NCBI RefSeq assembly: GCF_018977255.1 | Contig: NW_024704742.1 | Span: forward strand, 76,572,001-76,636,000 | DNA from: Callorhinchus milii | Lineage: Eukaryota | DNA length: 64,000 nt | Reading direction: 5' to 3' | Part shown: positions 13,211 through 45,119 of the stretch, piece by piece | How the letters are laid out: the number at the start of each line of letters is the position of its first letter | How positions within the stretch are numbered: the first letter of the stretch is position 1 | The notes under the pieces: generated by a model | Told to the model about the DNA's origin: nothing | Seen by the model: only the letters and a program-made list of their open reading frames with translations | Databases searched by the model: none | Made by a program: the position numbers and the translations under genes

Positions 13211-16076
13211 TCTCTTGATGGATATTGACGGCTGTTTGTCCTCTCAACAAAGAAAGGTGTGAAAGAGGGGGAGAACTCAGAAAGAGATAATGCCAAATAA
13301 ATTGCAGAAATAAAGAAGTAAATTGTAGTTATGGTACACATGTGGTCTAGTATAACTACAACTTGCCTTTATATAGCACTCTTCACAAGGGGTAGCGCCT
13401 TAGAGTGCTGACCAGAGGTAGGGTTGGACCTGAGTAAAATTGTTCATCTTCAAAAGCATAGATTTTATATGCTACACTTACAACGTATGCCATCAACAAT
13501 GTAGTTTGTATGACATGATGTAATCCCTGGTACAATTTTGTAGAACTCTTGTAGAACAGGTTTGATGGGTTTTAATGCTTTATATTGCACTCGCATTGCG
13601 CTGACAGTCATCAATGCGAAGATCACTGCTTATAGGTAAGGTTATACTTAATTCTTGTTGCACATTCTTATCTCTTTTTTGCAAAGGATATAAATTAAAC
13701 TGCAATTGTATTGCTCAGATGGGGCCATAGTTAAAATAATGGTCTTGCATTTTAATAATGCTTAATAACAAGATGAACATGAAATGCAGTGTTAGCTGAA
13801 TGTTTTCACAGGACTCCTCTGGCTGTTTCATTTTCTTTCTGCTAAAAGTGCTACAGACTCATGCTCTGAACTTTCCTTTGTTTGAAATTTCTAACAAGGG
13901 AAATACATGACTGTTTAATATTGGCTTTTGAACAATATAGAAGAAGAAGAATATATTTTTAAAACATGCAATTTGCAGAATGCTCCTACAGCCACTAACT
14001 AAGCACCATAGTTGATCAATTTGTTTTATTAAAACTCATTCGGAGAATCATCACTATATATTTTGAAATATGGTATGAATCAAAGTTGCATCGAAATTTT
14101 GCCCCAAAAATTAGTATTATGTTATAAATCAATTTTTTAAAGGTTTTAGCTGGATTTTATGGTGCAAACTGTTTGAAGTTACAATCAGAAGCCAAATGAT
14201 TGTGTTCAGAATGTGGCAGAGGGAATTGTATTGTATTGGGAACAAATGACTTGTGAAATTTGATTCTGGTTCTGACCTGAGACAAAAATAAATGGGAGAA
14301 ATTGTTTGGTGACTTATGTGGCAAGTTGCAGATTTTTCATTATCAAGGCAATGTACAATCAAGATTTCTGTAAGGTCTTTCCTATTATTATCAAGGATAT
14401 ATTGCCTCCTCTTTAAAAATTCACCCCAGAAATTTTAATGTAATGGTTTGTCATCTCATTGTTGTTTGTAGTAATAATAATCTTTGCAGTCCTGCATTGT
14501 CAGAGGTGCCATCCTTCAAAAAAGATATTAAGCCAAGGTCCCGTCTGCCTGTTCAGGTCGACATTAAAGATCCCATGGCACTATTCGAAAAGTGAAGGGA
14601 ATTTCTCCCAGTATCCAGTCCAATAATTCCCCAGATAAAATTATTCATTCACTTCATGGCTGTCTGTAAGACATTGCTGTGTGCAAATTGGTTGCCTTAT
14701 TCGCCTACACACTACACTTTAAGTAAATCCCTTGAAGCTCTTTGAGATATCTCAACAACGTCTATTCAAGACCGGCATCATCTACCAATTGGAAATTTCA
14801 CACATCCTGCTAACCTAATTCAGGAGAGTATTAGATGCAGCTTGGCAAGACCCACAACTTGAAGATCCCATTGTGTACATTAAAGTACACATTGAGATTA
14901 ACTAGTCAAAATGACATAGTTTGCCATTGAAAGCAATGTCATGGAATTATTTCACTTTTTGTCCATTTAGGACCACCTCACCCAATAGGGCTATGGTTTG
15001 CAGTATTAGCAATAGCTGAGTGGGAAGAATCATGATCTCCAGTCTGTACCTCCAAGTCCTTATCAATGAACCAGTGCTGGCTGGTCTGTCATCAGGAACT
15101 CTGCAACCTGTGCCCTCTCCCGCACCAGACTCTGCAGCCCTATCACCCTCATCCTCCTGACGTGAAAGGAGCTTTACAAATGAAATTTGTTGTTTTTGGC
15201 TTGGAGTAGCTTGACAGAGTACTTTTGTGCAACATTTAAAGGTCACAATCAGGAGTTAATCTTTGAAAGAATTAAATACACAGAGACCAAGCAGCAATTC
15301 AGATTCTTGTAACATCAGATTTTTGACAAAGTGCCAAAAGCAAATTACATCAAAATGAACATAAGATAACCCACAAGTGTCGTCATCCCAATAAATCTAC
15401 TTCCAAACAAATTGTTTTATTATGAAATGACTCCCTCATCCCCTGAGGAAGACAAAATTACATTCAGAAAATTGCTTGTAAAAGAACCTGTGATATGTCT
15501 CCCTATATCATTAAAATACTACAAATTAGAACTCACTGAAAGAGTTTCAGAGGATTTTCTTTTAAATCTGCTTTGTTTTCCCTCAGCATTTTCTCTCTTC
15601 CCCAGTGTAATCCTAACTGAAATCAACTAACTCAGTTTGAAATCTCTTTCAAGACTTCACTCATGTTAAAGTGTGCGCCATTCACATAGTTATATTCATG
15701 GCTCTCATGATCTTGAAATGCTTGCAGCCTTTCTTAGTAATACAGCAGCAACAGCATATCAGTTCTAGGTATTAGTCTTCGCACAGAACACCACTTCACT
15801 TCCAATTTTTCGGAGTAAAGAGTTGTCCATTGTCTAATGATAATAATAATGTTCGTATTTGATATACTGCCTTAACATGTCATTGAGACGTCTCAAAGTC
15901 CTTCACAGAATATATTGTAAAGTGAATTGATTGTGTATTTTGTGGGCAAAAATGTGATCTAACCTGTTTGGTACACTTTTGTAAGTCTTAACTTAAAGTA
16001 AAACAAATGAACATTTCTTTTTCTTTCTCAAAGGGAAACTGAACCTTGTATCATTTGACAACTCCAGCTATTGAAA

Positions 16077-34823
<18,747 letters not shown>

Positions 34824-35450
34824 AAAACAATGACCTGTGACTGGGATGTGGAGAATTGAAAAACATCAGGGCATGATTGTGCCAAAAAATTAGGGTCTCA
34901 CTGATTTTCCAATTTCTGCATCATCAGGAAAACTCTTGTGCTTAGTGTTTTCCCACACAAATGTTTTCTACCATTACATGTTTGATTGAGGGTTGTCGGG
35001 GGTGGTGGGGGATTCTGACAGAGGAAAGAGCAAGAGAGGAAAGAGAAAGATTTCAGGCCGCTCACTCCCTCTCTTCCCAATGAACCACCCCTCTCAGGGC
35101 AGTGGCAGGAGCTGGCGGTTGGGAGGACCCTCAATTCGGTCACAAAATTCTTTCCATGTGGGAAAGACTGTACCGCACAGTACTGTCCCTCATGTGCAGA
35201 AAACATATATAGGCACACTGGCAATGTCAACAGCCAGTACAGTCCTTGTGAACTGTAATTGTTATGTTTTAGTCATATCAAATCTGACTTATACATAACT
35301 TTGCAGTAGTCATATATGATAATATATATATGGCTATTGCAAGGTTGACATAACTCATATGTATGTCATACATAAGTCATATTAAATGTATGGCCCCAAC
35401 TGATACATATTATGTGAGGTTTACTGTATTTGTAATAAGAATCAAACAAA

Positions 35451-35493
35451 AATAAAGGTGAAAGATATCGCAGCAGCTACAGTTTGAAATAAA
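35451..35493 (+). terminator. Candidate polyadenylation signals of the protease gene
   Basis: Two AATAAA hexamers about 630-670 nt after the stop codon. Confidence 0.45.
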
Positions 35494-36404
35494 AGAGTGT
35501 AAAACAATTGAAGGATGGCCTTCATAACCTTTGAGTGTTAAACACAATTCACAAATTCCTTCCTTATATCATTGGTTATATCTTTACCTCCCACCTCAGC
35601 TCCGGTGCCAATGCAGAACTGTCGAATGATTCAGGACATCCTGCTGATGTAAAAGTTTCTATATAAGTGTAAATTGTATTGTACCGAATCAATCGTGTAT
35701 TATCTTGTAAATTTACCAACAATGATTCACTGACATGCAATATCCCAGCACGAAGCTCTGTTAATAGTCTTAATGTGCAAGTTGATTTTTGTGCAGTTCT
35801 TGAAAAAGAGAGGGAGTGGCGAAGTTTCCCCACTTTTCCCCAAATTAAAACTACATTTTCAATAATTCGATGCATTCTTAAAATGTAAGAAAAAATTGGC
35901 AAAGCCACTTAAGTTTGGGTCTTCAGTTTTAAAATCAGTGACTTTGCTTTGGATAACTTTAGAAATCAATCTAATTCAGGAAGACGAGGAACAAGACCTG
36001 TAAAGGATGAACTTGGACATGTAAAGTGGTTAAAGATTGAAAGCTGGACATTGGTTTGTAAGAGATATCTCCTCCTATGGGGGATTGTTTATATCTGATC
36101 TCAGTATGAGATATCATGCCACAAAACAAAATCTTGTTCTTGATTTTTTTTCATACGGTCAAATAAAAAAGTCAAACACACTTCAATTTGATCATATTTA
36201 TTACTGCTTCCATTCAACACATCAAGGTCTATAGAGACTGCAGTACAGAACATGCACAATCAGGGTGTGATTTTTGCACTTCATGTGGTAATTCCACCTT
36301 GTCTCAACCTGTAAAATCAAACTAAATTGTGGAAAATCTTGTGTTCAATTTTAATTTGGAAGTCGGGTCTTTCTGAGAACCTCTGCATTTTGTTTAACCC
36401 TCCA

Positions 36405-37076
36405 CTGTAGCTCAGTGATTATAATATAATAATCCTTGCATTTGATATAGCGCTTTTCACGTCGGGAGGACGTCTCCCAAAGCGCTTCACAGAACACACT
36501 GTAAAGTGAATTGACTGTATATTTGTGGGCGAACGCGGCAGCCAATTGCGCATAGCAATGTCCCACAAACAGTCGTAGATTGAAAATGACCAATTTATTA
36601 TTGTTTTTGGTTTTGGAGGGATTATTATTAGATGTGTGGAGTAAGGAAACTTGCCCAAGGTTTCGCCCTGTCTGGAATTGAACTCAGGTCTCTCACTTGC
36701 AAAGCGAGTGCTCTAACCACTGAGCTACAGGATTAGAGCACTCGCCTCGCAAGCAAGAGACCTGGTTTCTATTCCCGGCAGGGTGAAATGTTGGGCAAGT
36801 TTCCTTACTCCACATGCCTCTGTTTACCTAGCAGTAAGCAGGAACCCGGTTGTTAGTCGATTGTTGGATGGCTTTTCCGGGGATAATAATCCCTAAAAAA
36901 AAAATGATTAGGTCAATCACATCCATGATTGTTTGTGGGACACTGCTGTGCGCAATTGGCCGCCGTGTTTCGCCTACAGATATAATCAATTTACTTTACA
37001 GTATATTCTGTGAAGTGTTTTGAGATGTCTAAAAGACGTGAAAGATGCTATATCAAATGCAAGGATTTTATTATTA
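36405..37076. mobile_element. Nested inverted SINE pair
   Basis: A + SINE head (ctgtagctcagtga at 36405) is interrupted by a full - SINE (about 36425-36732) and resumes with ttagagcactcg at 36733. Confidence 0.85.
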
Positions 37077-39159
37077 TCCAACTTAAGACAGAAATTAAGA
37101 ATTCAATTGCAGAATTTTGTGCTGTATTACATTTTAAGACACAATAGTTCTCCAGGATAAAACTAAGTGGAATATCAGTCCAACTAAACACTCACTTTGG
37201 TATGAGAAGGCATATGAACTGACATTTTCTATTGTTCATGACGATACCTGTGTGAAGCAAGAATGTTTACAAAGCTTACTCATCTGGCTCAGGGAGACAA
37301 ACAGGTCTATTGTACATTGATTGCAAAACAGGAAAATGTTCACTGTGTTTTTATTATTGGGAAATTGCCTGATAAGCATTTGACGAGGAAAAAGCTATTA
37401 AGTTGCCCTCCAGCACAGCACCAAGTATAAACATGTCCACATAAAGCTCTTTTTTTTCAGTTCACGTCCGAGTACATTGAACAGGTTTTAAAGGGTAACA
37501 TATTTCACACAAACACACACACACATACAGAAACACTTGGTTGCTTCAGTTCCCGTCAGTTCCTTTTCACCTTAGATACCCACAGTATCGTCCTCCTGGT
37601 TACTCGCTCCAGTTCATAGAACTAGTTTGGAACCTCTGCATTTTGTTTCACTCTTAACTTTCCTATGAACCTGTCATGCAGCCTCTGACTAAATCTGCTT
37701 TCCTCTATTTCCGCAACATCGGCCACCTGCGTTCACTACCTTGCTCACAGTGCAGCTCAAATTCTCGTCCTCAACCCCTCACATACCTTGCTTCAAGTCT
37801 CCCCAGCTCTAGCTTCCACAAGCTTCTACTGTGCCATACATTTCTTCCGCACCAGACTCCATGGGCCCATCAACTCTGTCAGTTCCACAATATCCGTCTC
37901 CCCCAGCGAACAAACTTAAATAACAAATTTGTACAGCACCTTCGATTTTAGGAGGATGCTCCAAAGTCCTGGATAGTTCAGGGTTTGAAGGTTTAATATC
38001 ATCCTCTTCAACTTCAAATTTCTCCCTTACCTTGCCCCTCTGCGCTCTCTTGCAATACTCCACACCTTATTATCCCCATTACTCTGTCAGCCCAGGCCTC
38101 CTTCACGTCCTTTGCCCATTGGTGGGCAAGCTCTCAACCATTTATTGGTATTAAGCTTTGAGTCTCACCACACAATGAGATAACATTAATTAGTGCAGCC
38201 TTGGCTTTAACCAGTGTCACCGCTCAGTGAGATAACAATGATCAGTGCAGTAAGAATGGCTTCAAACTGTGATGCCCCTCAATGAAGCAGCATTTCCCAA
38301 TGTAGCTTTGACTCCTGTGTCAAATTTATCCAAACACGTGACATTCAATCTAAATAAAAAGGGATGTTATTCTTGCCTTTTATAAATAGCATTTTTTTAA
38401 TATTAAAACTGATGATTTGCAGATTAGTTTTATAGTCTTAAGCTCACAAGGAGCTCCTGGTACCTATTATCCACCTGGCTGACCCCAAAAAATAGTTTTA
38501 GCTAGTGAGTGCTCAAACCCACACTTGTCAGATGTCTCGGTAATCCAATTCCTGAGCAAGACGAGTCATAGTATTCCAGAACACTGCTGATGAGAGCACA
38601 GCCAGGCTGGGTCATCGGCAGTTCTTGGAAAGGCAGACCAGTAACTGGAGGCAGGGAATCTTCAAACTCAGCTCCTTTAACCCTGCAAGCCAAAGTCCTA
38701 ACAATAGGGTGGTCCCATCTTGACAATACAACAACAACAAGATTACATTTGTATAGGACCTTTCATGTCGGGAGGACAACCCAATGCGCTGGACAGTGTA
38801 CAGCATTTCAAACCAATAAGCGAGAAAGCTTGCCAGGCAATGTTCTCAATCACAAGCTATGTGGTTTTAGATGGTTAGACTCTAGCAGAATTCCAATGCA
38901 CAACCTGAGGTTCCCAAGCCTTGACTCCTGACAACTGGGTCTGCAAAGGAACACAAAATAAAAGTGTGCATCTTATATGCTAAGTAAGGCATCTTTTTTG
39001 AGGTTGAAGAGCCCCAGTTTGTCTTATCATTCCTAACAGCTCTTCCCTCAAAAACAGGGAGAATCATCATTGCTCTCCTTTGCATTCCTTCTTGAGCAGT
39101 AGCGGACATCCTTTTTGGCCAACAAAATAACCTTAATTTTCTTGATTGAATACTTTTTC

Positions 39160-39570
39160 ATTCATGCCCGCTTAACAGTGGTGAAGCTTTACACCAGGCC
39201 AGGAAGACGAGTGCTGTAACATAAGCACAGTTGAAGAGGAAGGTCTTCAAGTGCAATTTGAAAATGGGAAAGGTGGAGGCAAGGTGGAGGGATTGAGGAA
39301 AAGAGTTCCACAGTTTTGGGGAATAGTGGCTGAAAGCATGACCAATGATAGTGGAGCGGAGGTGACAAGGGATGTGCAGGAGGCTGGAGCAAGCTGAGCA
39401 AATACAGTGGGTAGTGGAGTGGGGAGTAAGCAGCTCAGAAAGGAAGGGAGGTGCCAGGGAATAATGTAATTTATACATGAATGTGAGAATCTTGAAATCA
39501 ATCCATTCTGTAACAGGAAGCAAGTGGCGCCTGGCAAAGACTGGGGTGGGCCTTGTGCTGTCATCTCCAT
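39160..39570 (-). mobile_element. Older L2 LINE 3' fragment
   Basis: LPVTEWIDFKILT…AFSHYSPKLWNSFP…LKTFLF. Confidence 0.8.
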
Positions 39571-39641
39571 CCTCTGTGTGATGTTAATGCAGTTGAAAAC
39601 TCTGGGTAAAAAAAACTGACAGGAGGATCATTTTTACTGAC

Positions 39642-39794
39642 CTTGGAATAATTTGATGTGTTGTCACTGGTGCAATCTCCTTTCTTCAGATAGAAGATTA
39701 ACGTCAAAAATGCCACAATCAGAAGCAGGAGGATGAACACCAGACTACCATGAGCCACATGGGGGTACCAGTGTGTGAACCGGCAACCAACATT
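39642..39794 (-). CDS. Candidate orphan transmembrane exon (NVGCRFTHWYPHVAHGSLVFILLLLIVAFLTLIFYLKKGDCTSDNTSNYSK)
   Basis: Pyrimidine-rich acceptor ttcctcccag, donor AAG|gtcagt, 153 nt phase 0-0, about 19-residue hydrophobic run; parent gene not identified. Confidence 0.4.
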
Positions 39795-42220
39795 CTGGGA
39801 GGAACTGAAGGATAAGGGTTTCAGCTGTGTTGGTTGTGGGGTACGATCATTAAGACTTGAATATTTTGTTCAAGGTATTTGTTACAAATTGGAATAAGGA
39901 AAACAATCGTGTAACATTTCAGAATGTGTTCTTTGCAATAACAATCAATCACGCAAAGCACATTTTAAAACTCTGCAAATTTTTTCCTGGTCCTTTATTT
40001 TGCTCAGAGTCAAATCACCTGTTAATCAGAATTGTTTGCTGGCACACCAGGATCTAGGGCAGCCAACTTTGAATTCCTTTCATCAAGATGTGTTACAATC
40101 GACCAAAATTCTAGAACAAACTAATTTTAGTGGTTTCCTGTTTTGTGACGTTGAAAAAGCCCAATTAAATCAGAAAAAAAATAATTTTAATTGGTGATTA
40201 CCTTGGACTATACTATTACACTGTACCTTCCAGGGATTGTGGGAAATTGCATAACTCTCCCTTCTTTCATTGTTACAAATGTCATCCTAATGGAACACAA
40301 AATGTATTACTCTAGAATGCTACGTTAAATGTAGACATAGGCATTTCTCCCTAGGCATTTCTTTGAAAACTAATTTTTCACTCATCTGAACTGAAAATGC
40401 CTCAGCATATACATTCCATACACGTACTGAGCACCTCTCAGTCTAGAGCAGAGAATGACTGGTCTGAGGAGCTGGTGTTCTATTTCCTGGCATAAAGGGT
40501 GAGTCATAACATTTGTTTGTTATTTTGCAATCCAACAGCTCCTTAAAATTAGGTTATGATGGATTCAGAATGAATCACATAAAATACATTTTATAATAAA
40601 TAATAATCCTTGCATTTGATGTAGAATGGTCAAGATGTTTCATATCCCAGGATTTTACTGTGAAGTGTAATAACTTTGTATTTTGTAGGTGAATGCAGCA
40701 GCCAGAATACATTGTAAAGTGAATTGACTGTATATTTTGTGGGTGAAATTGTGCACAGCAGATCCCAAACAGTCGTGGATTGAGTGACAAAATTATTATT
40801 ATTATTATTTTTTAAAGTATTCCAGTCACATTGTACCAATAATGGGCAAAATATTTCTAAACTCAACTCAAACAATTTATTACACACATTTATTGGGGCA
40901 ATTCTAAACAGTAAAAGATAGGGTCCATTGAAGGATGACTTGAAATCCTGAGAGGATCCAATGGTGAAATGCAAGTTTTACGACTTAATCTTTGGGCTCA
41001 GAATTAGGAAAGCATATGTTTATGATATGACAAGTGGGTTGAATGGCTTTTTTTCACATTTCATGCTTTATCAATCTCCTTATATTCAATAATAATACAG
41101 TGATAATAATCGTTGCATTTGAAGTAGCACCTTATCACTTCTTTGAGATGTCTCACAATGCTTCACAGAATATATTTTAAATTGAATTGACTGTATGTAA
41201 AATGGGCAGAAACTCGCATGTGGAAATGATCTATGAGGCATTCAAAACATTTCTAGTGATTTCAAGTGGGGAAGGTGTGGCAGTACACACACTGTCGGGA
41301 AATTTTGCTGACAATAGACCTATAAATAAACTCTTCACTATTGTCAGGTTTTGAAAGGTGACTAAAGATTTACCAGAAAGGGTGGAGAACCAAACTGAAA
41401 ATAGAAAGGAAGAAATTTTTGCGATACTTCCTTTCCCAGCAGTTGATCATCAAATCACAAATAAGCTAAGTCATGCAGAAAGAAATACCCATTTTCAGAA
41501 TTTGGTGATAGCTTTAATGTTACATAAGAATCCAGTCACTCAATTAAATCTGTACAATAATAGGTGTGGTGAAAAAGTAAGTCAAAAGGAGAGATAAAGC
41601 CAAGGCATTTCAATTGATAACGCGCTATAGCACATTCTTTAATATCAATGCAGTGGACTTGGATCTCGAGAACATCAAGGTGACTAACATGTTACAACAT
41701 CCTGTAAAGGTCCTCTCATCGTAATGAAGGCAGATATCCATCAGTTAGCTGATGCGGAAACTCTGAGGCTTGGCCAACAGTTGCTGGAAGGCGTTACTTG
41801 CAGTCCAAGTTCGTGCACATACATTCATATATCCAACATCAACAACAATAACAACAAATTACATTTGTATAGCGTCTTTCACATCGGAAGAATGTTTTAA
41901 GGTGTTGGACAGTCAGGGATTTGTACATCCAGGGCTTGGAATCCACCTTGATTCGTTGGCAGAGAGGCACGAAGATACTGCTCAAGCTCTGCACATCCAA
42001 CTGGTGGAACCATCACTCGATTCCCTCACACTTCCCTTCATTTCCTCGCACCTCCCAACCTATCCGGCCTGCTTACCCCCCACTCCACCACACACTGCCT
42101 CCGTTCGGCTGGGTCCTGCCTTCAATTTATTCCTCGTACCCTCCGTTTCACCATCGGTAGCTGTGCCTTCAGCCACAATGCCCCGAAACTCTTGAACTCT
42201 CTCTCTCAATCCCTCCCTCA

Positions 42221-42342
42221 GAGTTCTGATGAAAGGTCATCGACCTGAACCGTTAACTCACTTTCCTCTCTCCGTAGATACTGGTTGACCCAGCCACTTC
42301 TCTTTTTATTTCAGATTTCCGGCATCTGCAGTATTTTGCCTT
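42221..42342 (+). mobile_element. Penelope-like terminal repeat remnant with minimal hammerhead ribozyme motif
   Basis: GAGTT-CTGATGA-A-AGGTC-atc-GACCT-GAAC-CG-TT-AACTC, followed by ttcagatttccggcatctgcag. Confidence 0.6.
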
Positions 42343-45119
42343 TGGTATAAGGCAAACAGAATATTGAACTGCATTCTACTTTATTTTACTGCAGTGCTCT
42401 TCAAAGCATCTCAAGTCAAGGTGGTTGGATCTACTCTGCCTATAATGTATCTTCAAACTTCAGTCTCAGAAGACTAATCCCTGACTGCACCAGTATGGCA
42501 TTTTCCACACCAGATTTGTGGCCCCATGAGTAAGAATGTAAATTGAATGGCAAAATAAGGGATATTTTATAGTATGAATTCAAGTCATCAACAACTCACA
42601 AGTTTATCATGCACTACACTGTGTTTCAGGGTTGCACTTAATTTCAATCATAAAATTACATAAATTGTACAGCACCTAAGCAGGCCATTTTGCCAAATTA
42701 ATCCGTGCCAGTATTTATACACATGGGCCACCACCCACCTAATCCCTTTCCCATATTCCCCACCCATACCCACTCTATATCCTTCTCCCTCAAGTATGCT
42801 TCTTAAATGCATTGAAGTTTTCTGCTTCAACCATAGCTTCCAGCATTGAGTTCCACATTTTCACCATGCTTTGTGTAACTTATTCGATCTTTCTTTGTAT
42901 CCGCTCTTCCTAGTACATCTGTTAAATAACAACAAAAATTACATTTGCATAGCACCTTTCACATTGGGAGGATGTCCCAAGGTGCTGAATAGTAGATGTA
43001 GTACATTTAATATTTATTGTGAAATAAGTAATTAATATCTTAACTCTGCTCCCAATGAGAGTAATAGCATTATTATTTAATTAGAGTCTTTCCAAGAAAC
43101 AAGAATCTAATGGAAAACTCAACAAGACACAACCTTATCTTGAACAAAGAGATGCAGAGATTTAGCAGAAGCTGTGATCTTTCAAAATGATGGCTTCCAG
43201 TTCAATTTGTTTCATAACAAATCAAATGAGTCACTTTACAAACTAAGAGGGGAGACATGACATGTCATTAACTCAAAAGCACCTTCAAAGAATGTTGTCA
43301 AGCAATTGCCTGCAGGTTTGTGTAATATCCTTATAATTATACTAATAAGCACTTTTGATGGAATGTTTATAATATCAAAACATCTCAAAGGGCCCTACAG
43401 TATGCTGTATGCTGACTGGTTTTGTATGCAAACACAACAGCTAGTTAATCACAGCAAGATACCACAACTTACCATCCATTTGCCTCCAATAATACAATGA
43501 TTGACCCAACCACCCCTCCATCTTATAGCTTTGTGGTATCTTGCTGATCACACAGTAGCTGCTATGTTAAGTTCAGAGAGTGCAAACTGGCAGGCAAAAT
43601 GTTCCAATAGAGATGTAGTAGGTAAAGCAGGGCAGGAGAGGTGAAAATGATGAACTACAATATGAAAGGATAGGAAGACATGAATAAATATTGCACAAAA
43701 GCCTGCAAATGCTTGTAGATGAAGTTATCAAGCCATTGAAATGTCAAGACAGGTGGAGTACTGCACTCAGATTAAACTGAACATGGCTGTACCTAATCGC
43801 GACAGGGCATCGCTTCATCCCAGTCCAAGGATCAGCGAAGGCTGCAGAGAAAGTGATACCACAGTTAGGGGACACAGAGCTCTTCAAAAGTGAGCATGGC
43901 TTCATCTGACCCCATGGACTAACCCCATTTACCAGAGAGAGAAACAGAAGCTATGGTGGGATGTGCCTGATCTCAGACGCTAACCCTCCCTGTGTGTTGG
44001 CTGCCACTCTAGAACTAGCTCCCACTTCTCTGGCTTGCCATTTTATTTTTCTCTGTTTTTTTAAACTTTTTTTTCCTTTATCTTCCCCTTATTATCTTTT
44101 TTCCTCCCTCCTCAGTATTTTGAAACTTCCTTACATTTCCTTAAAATATATCCAGACCAATGCTTCTCCCTAAATCCAATTCACTCAAAAAAAATTCAAC
44201 TTAATTTGACTCTTCACTTCACTTATAAGTGCCTTTAAGTTCTAGCAACTTTATATCACTCTGATCTCCTCCTACCCCATTCCTCTGCTCACCCATTCTG
44301 CTCAGCTAACCTGGGTTTGCTGCCTATCTGTGCCTCCATCAGCAGTCGAGCTTTCAGACTCTGCAAAATCTGAGATGACAATTCCAGTTCCTACTGAGCT
44401 TCTTGGGACATAGTAAATGAAGAAAAAGTAGTATTGGTGGAACTGAAATGCCAAGCACATAGGACCATTATGAATGGTGAGGTGTAACATTGCGCTTTGC
44501 GATCCAACATTTACCACATTAAGAAAAAATGCAAGAAAAAGCGGATCACTTTCTGGGTGTAATAATCCCTTCAAATAAAATAATAATTTGGTCACTCAAT
44601 CCACAACTGTTTGTGGGACACTGCTATGCACAATTGGCTGCCGAGTTTCGCCCACAAAATACACAATCACTCCACTTTTCAGTAAAATCTGTGAAGCACT
44701 TTGAGATGTTGCAGCAACATAATGAGGCGCTATATCAAATGCAAGGATTATTATTATTATTAATAAGAACATCGAAGAGTCATAGGTTAGAGGCCATTGT
44801 GGTGTCATTAATGCAATGCATTATGTCAGTCGGTTCCTGATGTCACAGGGGCTCTGTCCAGATCTCCTCAAGAGTGGGAACTTAAACGTCGACCTTGTTT
44901 TCCTGATTTCAACCCCAGATCATTCTCTTCACCTTTCCAGTCATTTCAGTGCGTACCTTGTTACTTCTAGCAAAATTCTAGTTTGGATTTTCTACTTCAT
45001 TTTGCTAAGCATCAAAAGTCTTTCTTTTTTATTTTTGCTTTTGCTTTTATCCACTGCTCTTTTGTTGGATTTCTTTCAGTTTCTCTCTTCCTTCACAGAG
45101 TCTCCAGCTGCCTGCAGCC

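Noticed and set aside
14760..15520. GC-richer stretch with ORF 14947-15246 (-)
   Set aside because: Possibly an old transposon fossil, but I could not support any motif.
37279..37310. RPVCLPEPD on the minus strand as a third protease copy
   Set aside because: Only a short motif followed by a stop; no other trypsin motifs in register, so chance cannot be excluded.
38882..39109. ORF MSATAQEGMQRRAMMILPV and a nearby 36-nt exon-like segment
   Set aside because: Explained by a CR1 remnant (QRRA…DKLGLFNLKK) adjoining the unclassified repeat.
44302..44420. Candidate upstream exon for the orphan TM exon (phase-0 CAG|gttagc)
   Set aside because: The segment overlaps a decayed L2 fragment (ccatcagcagtcgagctttcag) on the opposite strand.
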